Below are positions 1 to 8,932 of a DNA stretch of 64,000 bases, piece by piece; the first letter of the stretch is position 1; each line of letters starts with the position of its first letter. A program made the translations under genes and the position numbers. The stretch comes from Bdellovibrionales bacterium RIFOXYD12_FULL_39_22 (GTDB lineage Bacteria > Bdellovibrionota > Bacteriovoracia > Bacteriovoracales > Bacteriovoracaceae): the NCBI GenBank assembly GCA_001770205.1, contig MEQL01000027.1, positions 1 to 64,000 on the forward strand, given 5' to 3'. The notes under the pieces were generated by a model, which saw only the letters and a list, made by a program, of their open reading frames with translations, was not told the DNA's origin and made no database searches.

Positions 1-22
1 AGACGTGAGTATTAACTCAACC

Positions 23-54
23 AAAAAAAAGAAGGGCCATCGCTTGGCCCCTCT
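23..54 (-). terminator. Intrinsic terminator for the LRR gene
   Basis: GGGCCA (34-39)/TGGCCC (45-50) stem with A8 at 23-30 on + (U-tract on -), just downstream of the stop at 91. Confidence 0.65.
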
Positions 55-90
55 CATGTTTTCTTTGTGTTTAAATTCAGATGTTGATTA

Positions 91-1017
91 TTATTCTAGT
101 AAATTCACATAAACTACTTTATCATTCACTTTGACAAATCTTAGATTTTTAAGATCAGCGGAAAACATCGATCGTTTTATTTTTACATCTAAATCATATC
201 CGAAAAAATCTACTTCAAAACTTGATAAAAACTCTTGGTTAGCAAATATACGATCAGGGAGAGATGACTTAAGATCTTTAATTTCGACCGTTTTAAGAAT
301 GGGTAGGCCTGCAAAGGCATTTTCCGAGATCGACTTCACATTATTTAAGCTCAATCCTTTCAACGTAGATAGCGATCTGAGCGTGTCATCAGTTATCACC
401 AAATTACTCGTGAATAGATAAAGTCTCGCTACTCCGCCGAGGGTTGAAAATGCACCGTCTTCGATCTGTTGATTATTACCGTAGAGCTGAATGTGTAGTG
501 ATCCAATAATTGGAGCATCCTCCATCGCTCTCATTGAAATATGTGTACCAGCGTCCCAGATCTTCAAAGAATCAAGTGGACCTAATCGCGAAAATGCCCG
601 ATCCGGAATTTCATTTACGAAACCGATTTCAAGAGATTTTAAGTTCGGTAATCCTACAAAAATATCAGGGTTAAATGTTTCGCCGACTCGGATCTTGAAT
701 ATAATACTTCTAAGATTTTTGAATGCCTTGAAGAAACCCGGAGTTGAGTGTAAAAATTTTGCCTTATCGTTGTTGTTAGGATAACTACTGATTACCACTT
801 GAGTGAAATTAGTGTCATCCAATCCTTCAAAATCCTCAGGAGTGAGTCCATCAAGTTCCTCTTGTGTCAGATGAGCACAGCCACCAATGCTCCAGGAATG
901 AGATTCTGGGATGTAAGTACAAGACATCATCTTATCCATGCCATTGCTTCGTGCATAAGAAATATTCCCAATACCAAGCAAAATAAAAGTAATTACCATA
1001 ATTCGGAGTCTGTTCAT
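91..1017 (-). CDS. Secreted leucine-rich repeat protein (BspA/LRR_5-like)
   Basis: N-terminal signal peptide; repeated LxxLxI and IxxxAF units (IPDRAFSRLGPLDSLKI, ISENAFAGLPILKTVEI). Confidence 0.8.
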   Translation of the reverse strand: MNRLRIMVITFILLGIGNISYARSNGMDKMMSCTYIPESHSWSIGGCAHLTQEELDGLTPEDFEGLDDTNFTQVVISSYPNNNDKAKFLHSTPGFFKAFKNLRSIIFKIRVGETFNPDIFVGLPNLKSLEIGFVNEIPDRAFSRLGPLDSLKIWDAGTHISMRAMEDAPIIGSLHIQLYGNNQQIEDGAFSTLGGVARLYLFTSNLVITDDTLRSLSTLKGLSLNNVKSISENAFAGLPILKTVEIKDLKSSLPDRIFANQEFLSSFEVDFFGYDLDVKIKRSMFSADLKNLRFVKVNDKVVYVNLLE

Positions 1018-1115
1018 ATATCCTCCAATTGTTAGTTCAAAGAAATAATTTTGTTACTTTAGCAATCTCCAAAAAACTTTCAAGTAAATTTGCTAAAATT
1101 GTAAAATCTATAGTC

Positions 1116-1217
1116 AATATTTAAAATTCGGGCCATGCCCGTTATTTCTCAACTTTCGTGATCTTGGGTAGTAAAGCTCGCTTTTCCGCGCAAGATCTAT
1201 AATCCGCCAACGTTACC
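1116..1217. repeat. 102-bp intergenic direct repeat, copy 1
   Basis: Ungapped alignment to 1652-1753, 78/102 identical by manual count; first 34 nt 33/34 identical. Confidence 0.9.
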
Positions 1218-1273
1218 GAGCATAAGCCACTTACAATCCTAGTGATAATTTAGTCGCGGACTATTCTGTCTGA

Positions 1274-1627
1274 CTAATTATATCTATCTAAATCCACAGT
1301 ACACTCATATTTCTTGAAATTCTTATCTTCAGTAAAAGATTCTAAACACATAATTTTATTGCTAGTGAAGCCGGATGCTTCGCCATATTGATCATGGAAA
1401 GCTATCGTCGTAACACTATCGTCAATTTGTTCAGTCGTAAGGGCCTTAGAATTATTAACGTCTTTCATACCATTATAAAGTTCTTTTGCAGTATTGCCCT
1501 TAATTGTTAAAGTTACACTATTAAACTTACGCGTTCCCTCTGGCTTATTGAGCACAGAAGAAACTATATCTGCGGCTATTGTTTGAAGAGAAAACAAAAT
1601 TGCAAAAGAGGCTAAAGTGTATTTCAT
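1274..1627 (-). CDS. Small secreted hypothetical protein
   Basis: Start reassigned to ATG 1627 (AAGGAG RBS); signal peptide MKYTLASFAILFSLQTIA; two Cys. Confidence 0.7.
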   Translation of the reverse strand: MKYTLASFAILFSLQTIAADIVSSVLNKPEGTRKFNSVTLTIKGNTAKELYNGMKDVNNSKALTTEQIDDSVTTIAFHDQYGEASGFTSNKIMCLESFTEDKNFKKYECTVDLDRYN

Positions 1628-1651
1628 AAAATTCTCCTTGTTCATTAAAGT

Positions 1652-1753
1652 AATATTTAAAGTTCGGGCCATGCCCGTTATTTCTTTGTCTTTGTGATTT
1701 TGATCAGAAAAGCTAACTTTTATATTTAAGATCTATTAATCGCCAACGTTTCC
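1652..1753. repeat. 102-bp intergenic direct repeat, copy 2
   Basis: See copy 1. Confidence 0.9.
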
Positions 1754-1774
1754 ATTCACAATCCAATCATTAAT

Positions 1775-2248
1775 CTAGTCACTTAAACGGATTTTTTTTA
1801 ATGTCATAGCGGGCAGTCCCGATTGTATTCCCAGTTTTTTACTTATTGTTATGAACTTGTTGAAATTAAGCGAATAGTCTTCGATGGCCGAAACATCTCC
1901 ACCTTTTAATTTAGTCACGCTTCCAAGGACAATCTCTATTCTTCTATAGATTGTGGTCAGTTCATCAATATTGTTGGACAGTTTTTTTTGATACTCGGCA
2001 CAGTTAACAACAAGCTGAAATTGTTTTACCACATTTTCTGTTGCATCAAAATAGTTATATACCGTCTCTGCAACAACCAAACGACTAACTTCCTCCAGCT
2101 TTTCCTCAAGGGTGTCTGTCTTGTTGGATAATTTTTCTATCTTTGATTCTAACGAAGAGGCGTTGCATGCAAGGAAATTTGGAACATCCAATGCAAATAA
2201 GTTAATCGATATTGATAATGCCACGAAAAAGGTGAAAGCTTTTAGCAT
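1775..2248 (-). CDS. Small secreted helical hypothetical protein
   Basis: AGGAG RBS; signal peptide MLKAFTFFVALSISINLFA. Confidence 0.7.
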   Translation of the reverse strand: MLKAFTFFVALSISINLFALDVPNFLACNASSLESKIEKLSNKTDTLEEKLEEVSRLVVAETVYNYFDATENVVKQFQLVVNCAEYQKKLSNNIDELTTIYRRIEIVLGSVTKLKGGDVSAIEDYSLNFNKFITISKKLGIQSGLPAMTLKKIRLSD

Positions 2249-2635
2249 AAAATTCTCCTGTTCATTAACCTAATGGTTTCTGTGCGCCGATCGCTCACAA
2301 ATTCCATGTGTTAATATTCTTGATCAAATCTTAGCGGAAAAATGAATTTTGATCAGATTTTTTTTGTTTTGGTTGTACAAAATACAGTGGTGTAAAAAAA
2401 ATAGTCATTTGCATAATTGCGTAATATGGTGAAAATACTAGAAAGTCGTTAATTTGCTACCGGCGAAGTTGCAAAACTCCGCCGAAATGGAATTCTAAAT
2501 TTAAAAATCACTTGGTGTCGTTTTGACCAAATAATAAAATCTTTTTTAGGATTTACCCATTTTGATATCGGGTAATTGTTACACTCTCTTTGTGTAAGCG
2601 CAATTAAATCAATACATAGCGTCAATTTATACTGT

Positions 2636-2651
2636 CGGCTCGATATTTGCT
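2636..2651 (+). promoter_or_regulatory. Putative sigma54 (-24/-12) promoter of the signalling operon
   Basis: CGGCTCGATATTTGCT: GG(2637-38)-N10-GC(2649-50) with TTGC, about 50 nt before the ATG; the operon encodes a sigma54 activator. Confidence 0.6.
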
Positions 2652-2699
2652 CAATGACATTCCACTGCAGCGTATGCGCTTATTAAAAAGGTGGTAATA

Positions 2700-4247
2700 A
2701 TGAAATTCTTTATCGGGATTATTGTTACTCTGATTATTGTGTTGGGAATAGTTATTTCAAAAAGTTCTCTGGCAAGCAAATTAATATCGCAAAAAAATCA
2801 ACAAGTGTACGTCAAGGCCATCTATTCAATGCCTGTATCCTATGATCCGATCAAAATGAATGATGGTGCCTCGCTAATTTTTTCTGAACTTGTTTACGAA
2901 GGGCTTCTTCGCTTCACCGAAGATTATGGGGTGCAAGCTGGCCTTGCTGAGTTATGGAGTGCAAGTGACGATGGAACAATTTTAACTTTCAAAATTAATC
3001 CCAAAGCAATATTCCATAATGGGGACGCTGTTACTGCCAATGACGTAAAGGTTTCGTTGACCAGAAATGTCAGTCAAGAGAGTGTTGTGTATAAATACTA
3101 TGACGTAATTAATGGTGCTAAAGATTATCATGCGGGGAAGGCGGTGGCGGTTGATGGATTGAAAGTTGTTGATAGCAATACCATCGAAATTCATCTTGAA
3201 AAAGCATTCCCACCGCTTTTATATGTTTTGGCAGGTGCTACCGCCAAAATTCTTCCAGCAAAATTAGTAGCAAAAAAAGATTTTTTCAAAAAACCAATTG
3301 GAACTGGCCCATTTGCGGTACAACGTATTTCGGAGAATAAAATTTATCTCACTCGTTTTGCTGTGTACCATTCGAAGTTACCACAGATATCAGGGATGGA
3401 GCTAGTTATGATGGATCAAAAGGACGCCATGGAAGAGGCTACGCTTGGAAAAATTCATGATCTTTCAAGTTGGCCGATGAATGGACAGGAGGCCGTTTTT
3501 AAATCAGGGAAGGATATTAGCTCGATAGTAGCAGATACGTGGGTGATTGGACTTAATGCGCGCCTAAAACCGTTTGATAATCTTGAAGTGCGAAAACTAT
3601 TTCAGCAAAGTTTTGATACTCAAAAATTCCGCGATACATTTTATCCTGACGCCAAGGTTGCGTTTGGTTATGTGCCGCCCTCATTTCCAGGCCATAGAAC
3701 TACAAAACTAGAAACAGTATCAAAAATAGAAAAACCTCCTCGTGAGTTGATCACCATCAATATCCCCGCAGAGTTAGATAAATCGTCGGAGATGGCGCAA
3801 TTTATTACCGATCAATTTAATGCTAAGGGGTGGAATGTTAAAGTTGTTATGACCAAATGGGATAAAATGATGGCCGAATATTCCGCCAAAACACTTCAGT
3901 CGTTTTTGGTTGCGATGATTGTTGATTATCCAGATCCAGAATTTTTGTTAAATAATTTTGAATCAACTAACCCAGATAATTTTAGTGGCCTAAATGATCC
4001 AGGTGTTGATTCATTGATTGTACAATCAAGAAGTACGCAAGATCGAATTAAAAGGCAAAGCATCCAGTTGGAGCTTGCCGAACGCATTGATGGATTGGCA
4101 TTATCAATTAATCTTTTTCATTCTCGCGCGCACTATTGGGTGAGTAAGTGCGTAGAGGGATTTAGGCCAAATCTGCTGGCGGTTGCGTATACTGATTATC
4201 GAAATGTATATTTTGACATGGACTGCTTGCGAAGAGGTGCTAAATGA
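2700..4247 (+). CDS. Orphan family-5 (OppA/DppA-like) solute-binding protein with N-terminal membrane anchor
   Basis: Motifs SYDP, VYEGLL, LAELW, FHNGDAVTANDV, PIGTGPF, DYPDP; no permease or ATPase genes nearby. Confidence 0.85.
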   Translation: MKFFIGIIVTLIIVLGIVISKSSLASKLISQKNQQVYVKAIYSMPVSYDPIKMNDGASLIFSELVYEGLLRFTEDYGVQAGLAELWSASDDGTILTFKINPKAIFHNGDAVTANDVKVSLTRNVSQESVVYKYYDVINGAKDYHAGKAVAVDGLKVVDSNTIEIHLEKAFPPLLYVLAGATAKILPAKLVAKKDFFKKPIGTGPFAVQRISENKIYLTRFAVYHSKLPQISGMELVMMDQKDAMEEATLGKIHDLSSWPMNGQEAVFKSGKDISSIVADTWVIGLNARLKPFDNLEVRKLFQQSFDTQKFRDTFYPDAKVAFGYVPPSFPGHRTTKLETVSKIEKPPRELITINIPAELDKSSEMAQFITDQFNAKGWNVKVVMTKWDKMMAEYSAKTLQSFLVAMIVDYPDPEFLLNNFESTNPDNFSGLNDPGVDSLIVQSRSTQDRIKRQSIQLELAERIDGLALSINLFHSRAHYWVSKCVEGFRPNLLAVAYTDYRNVYFDMDCLRRGAK

Positions 4248-5644
4248 GTAACGTTCATGAAAAAGTAGTACTCCCTTTCAAGAAATATATTCAAAAGCAG
4301 ATGGCATCTTATCAAATTGGAGTGCCGCTGATAATTGCCACATTGATTGCGCTTCTTGTTGGGACTACTGTTTTTGTTCAGTATGCAAACTCCAATAAAA
4401 CGTTCATTGAATCAATTGCTCCTCATGTTGCAACACTACTGGAAACGCAAGATCGGCCGGAGATTCAGCGGTTTTTACAAGCAGTATCGGCCAAACGTGG
4501 TGCTGCGATCGAAGTAATATCTAAAACAGATGAGATCATCGCCTCTTCTTTTGATTTTGGAAGAATTGGTAACCCGTTTGAGGGGAATTTAAAAGAGCTT
4601 CCTTTGCTTGATCTAAAAATTAATTAAGGAAGACTAATGAGTTTTACTGAGGTGAAACGAATTAATGGGCCGGAGGCGGCAACGGTATCTATGGGAATAT
4701 ATCTTGGACTATCTTCAATCATAATCCTCACTCTGGAAATTTCTCTTGGTACTTTTGTATTTTTGTTTTTTACCATCAATCTTCTTATCTCTAAAACGAT
4801 CAAGGAATCGACGGCCGGACTAACTTCTCTATCTGAGCTTGAAACAGCAATCAGAGAAGTTAAAACTGATTTTAATAAGAAGAACATCACTCAATCAAAT
4901 ATTTTAGAACTTGAAAATATCAGGGAAGCTTTCATTGAAACATTCACCGATCTTGAAGAGGCCAATAATAAACTGGCCAAGAGCAAAGCAAAAGAGATGG
5001 CAACAGCGGCATATAGAAATTTAATCCACGATCTTCAGGTGCCGGTTATGGCCATTGGCCACTATATGCAAATTTTAGATCATGAAATGGCCAGTATCGA
5101 AGATAGAAAGCAAGCGCAAGTGCGAATAGTTGATCTTGCCGAGCAGATAATCAAGCAGATTAAATCGGCCCGAACTAATTTGGCCTTGGAAGCTACTATA
5201 GAAAGTAGTGATTTATTGGTTTCAGTTGAAACTGCAACACAAAATGCCAAGGCGTCGCTTGCAGAGAAGGCCTTTGTGGAAGTTAAAACCATTCTGCCGA
5301 ATCAATCCATTAGACATCCACATGATTCGGTTTTGCTTGGACGAGCAATAAGCAATCTTGTTTCTAATGCGATTGATGCTGCCAAATCAAAAGTTTTTGT
5401 GGAAGTTGTGCCGGCGGACAAATTTATTAGTATCAAAATTAGCGACGATGGCCATGGGATGAGTATGGATGATGCCTCGCTATTTTTACAGGGCAGAGGC
5501 AAATCGACTAAAGCTGATAGAATGGGGATGGGCATATCGAGTGCAAATCACATAGTTCGTTCACACGGGGGAAAGATTGTTTATCAAAAATCACAAATGG
5601 GTGGAGCATGCTTTGAAATTAAATTACAAGGAGATCTAGCATGA
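4244..5644 (+). pseudogene. Membrane sensor histidine kinase interrupted by an in-frame TAA at 4625-4627 (ORFs 4244-4627 and 4637-5644)
   Basis: Both ORFs are in the same frame (AAT TAA GGA AGA CTA ATG). The first has TM1 and part of the periplasmic domain; the second has TM2, H-box (IHDLQVP), N-box (NLVSNA), DDGHG and GMG boxes. Confidence 0.75.
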
Positions 5645-7005
5645 AAAAGCCGACAGTACTACTTGCAGATGATGACAAGGATATTTTACAAACGATCAAA
5701 TTTTTCTTAAGCAATAGCTACGATGTGAAAATCGCCTCAAGCGTGGCAGAGGCCAAGGCGCAACTGCAAAAATATCAAATTGATGCGGCGGTGATTGATC
5801 TTAATTTTGAAGGGCAAGATGATGATGGCATTAATCTCATTGATTTCATCCAAGAGGAGATGCCATCGGTATCCATGATCGTGTTAAGCTCCGATCACAA
5901 TACCAAAAGAGTCGTCGAAGCAACCAGAAGGCCACTGGTTGATTTTATAACCAAAGATGAATATGCGCAGGCAGCAATTAGGCAAGCTTTATCGCAAGTG
6001 CTATCCAATAAGGAAAAGGTCAAATCCAACAATTCTTTTGAGTTTAAAACTCAGTCGCCGCTGGTAAAAAAGCTACTAGTAAAAGTTGATCAGGTGTTGG
6101 CCTCTAATAGTGGCGCACCAATTTTAATTCTTGGTGAATCAGGAACGGGAAAAGAATTTCTGGCAAAATATATTAGCTCCAAGGTAAATAAAAAATTGGT
6201 GGCGGCGAACATGGCCAGCATTCCAAAAGAAACTGCCGAAAGCGAACTCTTTGGCCACTGCAAAGGTGCCTTTACCGGCGCAGTCGCTGACAAAATCGGA
6301 CTACTTGAGCAGGCCCACAACGGAATTTTCTTTTTAGATGAGATTGGGGATTGTAGTCCAGCAATTCAGGCCAAGCTACTTCGTGCGATACAAGAAAAAG
6401 AGATTATGCCTGTCGGTGGAACCGTGCCAAGAAAAGTAGAGGTCAGATTTATTGCAGCTACTCATAGAGATTTAGCTCAAATGATAAGCGTGGATGAATT
6501 TAGACTTGATCTCCATCAGAGGTTAAATACGTTTACCTTTAAAATGCCACCTCTTCGTGAGCGTCCTGAAGATGTGGAGTATTATGCTCGAATATTTGTT
6601 AATGACTTTAAAGGCGGTGAACAATTTAGAATTGAAAAATCAGGCCTTGATATGTTAAAAAATCATAACTGGGAAGGAAATGTTAGAGAGCTGTGGAATG
6701 TAATTCAAAGAGTTGTTGTCTTTTCTAAAAGAAAATCTCTTGATCAGGAGTCTGCTCTGCAAGCAATCAGTTCAAAAGATTTAACAGAACCTGAAATTTT
6801 TGAAGAAAAAGAGTATGGTAAACAGCAGATCATTGATGCGCTTAAAAATGCTAATGGAAATCGGATGAAGGCAGCAGAAATTTTAAAAACACACATAACA
6901 ACTTTGCACAAAAAGATAAATAAGTTTGGTCTTCGAGATATAATTGGGCACAAAAATGCAGGCAGACCAGTTTGCAGTATAGATACGGAAACATTATGGC
7001 ATTAA
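5641..7005 (+). CDS. NtrC-family sigma54-dependent response regulator
   Basis: Receiver (LLADDD...IDL), [35 protein letters not shown] and a Fis-type HTH. Confidence 0.95.
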   Translation: MKKPTVLLADDDKDILQTIKFFLSNSYDVKIASSVAEAKAQLQKYQIDAAVIDLNFEGQDDDGINLIDFIQEEMPSVSMIVLSSDHNTKRVVEATRRPLVDFITKDEYAQAAIRQALSQVLSNKEKVKSNNSFEFKTQSPLVKKLLVKVDQVLASNSGAPILILGESGTGKEFLAKYISSKVNKKLVAANMASIPKETAESELFGHCKGAFTGAVADKIGLLEQAHNGIFFLDEIGDCSPAIQAKLLRAIQEKEIMPVGGTVPRKVEVRFIAATHRDLAQMISVDEFRLDLHQRLNTFTFKMPPLRERPEDVEYYARIFVNDFKGGEQFRIEKSGLDMLKNHNWEGNVRELWNVIQRVVVFSKRKSLDQESALQAISSKDLTEPEIFEEKEYGKQQIIDALKNANGNRMKAAEILKTHITTLHKKINKFGLRDIIGHKNAGRPVCSIDTETLWH

Positions 7006-7802
7006 TAAAACTTGTAAAAAAAGCAGAACTCAAATCACCTAATCTGGTGTTTATCCCTGGTGGGCCAGGCCTTGGGCCTAATTCGTTTGATTTGCTTTCT
7101 GAAAAAATTGTCGGGGTTAATGTGTTTTATTTTTATCCGACAGGAACAATTTTAGAAGAGTCAGGTGGCCGGACACCATCGGTTTTAAGTTACGATGTGC
7201 AACTTGCAGATTTAGTAAATGAGATTAAAAAAATCAAAGCTCCTATCTTGTGTGGCCACTCTTTCGGTGGAATTATTGCCACGGACTTAGCAGTCAAATC
7301 TCCAGAATTAATCTCGGGCCTAATTTGTATTGCGTCACCATTTTCTAAAAATAGCTTTGATGAGGTTTCAAAAAATTTTATGGCAATACAAAATGAAGAG
7401 AGCGAAACGATCAACAATCTTTTTGAAAAAAATCCAACCAATGATTTGTATAAAAAATGGTTTGCTCACTACGCAGAACTCTATTTTTCGCATAAGAATA
7501 TAAAAAACGGTAAGAAACTACTGTTAAATGACTCTTCATGCGTTAAGGCCTATTTGGATGCAACGGAAGAGGCCTCGCAAAAAGAATCGCTACTTGCAGA
7601 AATAAAATCAAGCAGTGTCAGACGCATCTTTATTGCAGGAGAGGAGGATAGGCTGCTCCCTCCGAATGTTTTAGAAAAGGATGCCGCAAGCGGAGATTAC
7701 AAGTTTATTTCAATTGAATATGCTGGGCATTTTGCCCATTTTGATCAACCAGATATGGTCAGTGAGGTTATTATTAATTTCATTTTAACGGGGGGAAAGT
7801 AG
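6996..7802 (+). CDS. Alpha/beta hydrolase, proline-iminopeptidase (S33)-like
   Basis: PGGPG oxyanion motif, GHSFGG nucleophile, later D and AGHF; start ATG 6996. Confidence 0.8.
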   Translation: MALIKLVKKAELKSPNLVFIPGGPGLGPNSFDLLSEKIVGVNVFYFYPTGTILEESGGRTPSVLSYDVQLADLVNEIKKIKAPILCGHSFGGIIATDLAVKSPELISGLICIASPFSKNSFDEVSKNFMAIQNEESETINNLFEKNPTNDLYKKWFAHYAELYFSHKNIKNGKKLLLNDSSCVKAYLDATEEASQKESLLAEIKSSSVRRIFIAGEEDRLLPPNVLEKDAASGDYKFISIEYAGHFAHFDQPDMVSEVIINFILTGGK

Positions 7803-7803
7803 T

Positions 7804-8160
7804 GTGAAAAATCTATTACGCGTAATGGCCGTTTTGCTAGCAGTTGGGTCGATGGCCCAAGCAGTTTGTAATTTTAACAAATCACTTAGTGTAATAAATC
7901 CGGTACTAGTTGAAGATGAGGCAAATCTTTTAACTCAGCTAATTGAATTAAAAAAGCAAAGTGATCTGACAGGAATACCATTTTCAGATATCCAGACGGA
8001 AGCAGGTATGCCAGAGATCAAATCCAATGATGATTTTAAAGAACAGTTTTTACAGCACACACTTAAATATCTTCAGACGATTAAAGGTGGAGAGAACACT
8101 GTCCAGAAAGTTCTAAAACAGCAAGAGCTACAACCTAAGGGTTGTGGGCCTGGGATTTAA
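7804..8160 (+). CDS. Small secreted protein with C-terminal GCGPGI tail (possible signal precursor)
   Basis: GTG start after GGGGG RBS; signal peptide ending AQA; coupled to both neighbours. Confidence 0.75.
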   Translation: MKNLLRVMAVLLAVGSMAQAVCNFNKSLSVINPVLVEDEANLLTQLIELKKQSDLTGIPFSDIQTEAGMPEIKSNDDFKEQFLQHTLKYLQTIKGGENTVQKVLKQQELQPKGCGPGI

Positions 8161-8690
8161 TGAAGCAAGATATTGGAAAATATTCTGGCGCTCTTTTAAT
8201 GTTTGGGTTTGGTGTTTTGGCACTTTATCGTTGGCACCAAACTCAGCTTTTGTTTTTTTTACTGTTGGTGCTAAGAGATTTTGTCGCTGCATACTTTTTT
8301 CTAAAACGCAGGCCTGCGGAAATAAAATCTGGACGACTGCCTACGATTGCTTCTTACATCTCCTCGGCACTACCACTTTGCTATTTGGGTTCCGACAACG
8401 TACTACCGCTTTTTTTGCTGATCTCAACGATTATGGCCGTTATCGGTTTTCTTCTGGTCGCACTGGCCACTATTGAACTTGGAACATCGCTGGGAATTTC
8501 TCCTGCAAAACGTCAACTGGTTAAGAGTGGAGTTTATAAAATTATCGCTCATCCAATGTATGTAGGCTATGCTATTGCAGAATCAGGACTTACGCTAATC
8601 AATCCCATCAACGCCGGCATATTGATACTATCACTTCTGCTATATTGGGTAAGGGCCAAGCAAGAAAATAAGATTTTGGGCCCCTGCTAA
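8160..8690 (+). CDS. ICMT/PEMT-family membrane methyltransferase
   Basis: TAATG overlap; multiple TM helices; LVKSGVYKIIAHPMY and RAKQE motifs. Confidence 0.8.
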   Translation: MKQDIGKYSGALLMFGFGVLALYRWHQTQLLFFLLLVLRDFVAAYFFLKRRPAEIKSGRLPTIASYISSALPLCYLGSDNVLPLFLLISTIMAVIGFLLVALATIELGTSLGISPAKRQLVKSGVYKIIAHPMYVGYAIAESGLTLINPINAGILILSLLLYWVRAKQENKILGPC

Positions 8691-8932
8691 AGTTAAGTTG
8701 TATCTAATTTCAATTTAATATTCGTCTCCAATTCCATTTAATTGACGCTCGCTTTGTCATTTCGCTCTTTCACCCCTCCGCAAGCTCTGCCAAAGGTTTA
8801 CTTTGGCATTTACTTGCCCAAAGTGTCGGGGTGCGCTCCAATCCTTCGCTTGCTTTTTTTCCTCTCCGGGCCTCCGTTTTTGGGTGAAGAGGCCCTCAAT
8901 CAAGAGGAAAAAACAAAAATGGAGACTGCTTT

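Noticed and set aside
1116..1753. Integron attC sites or CRISPR repeats
   Set aside because: No RYYYAAC...GTTRRRY ends in the right order; only two 102-bp copies separated by a gene; no intI or cas genes seen.
1..2690. Left att site of the ICE
   Set aside because: No copy of the tRNA-Ala 3' end was found by eye; a very short serine-integrase core could be missed.
2700..4247. Peptide ABC uptake operon
   Set aside because: No permease or ABC ATPase is adjacent; the gene is coupled to a kinase instead.
4620..4640. Programmed frameshift or Sec/Pyl recoding in the kinase
   Set aside because: The two ORFs are in the same frame and the stop is TAA, not TGA or TAG.
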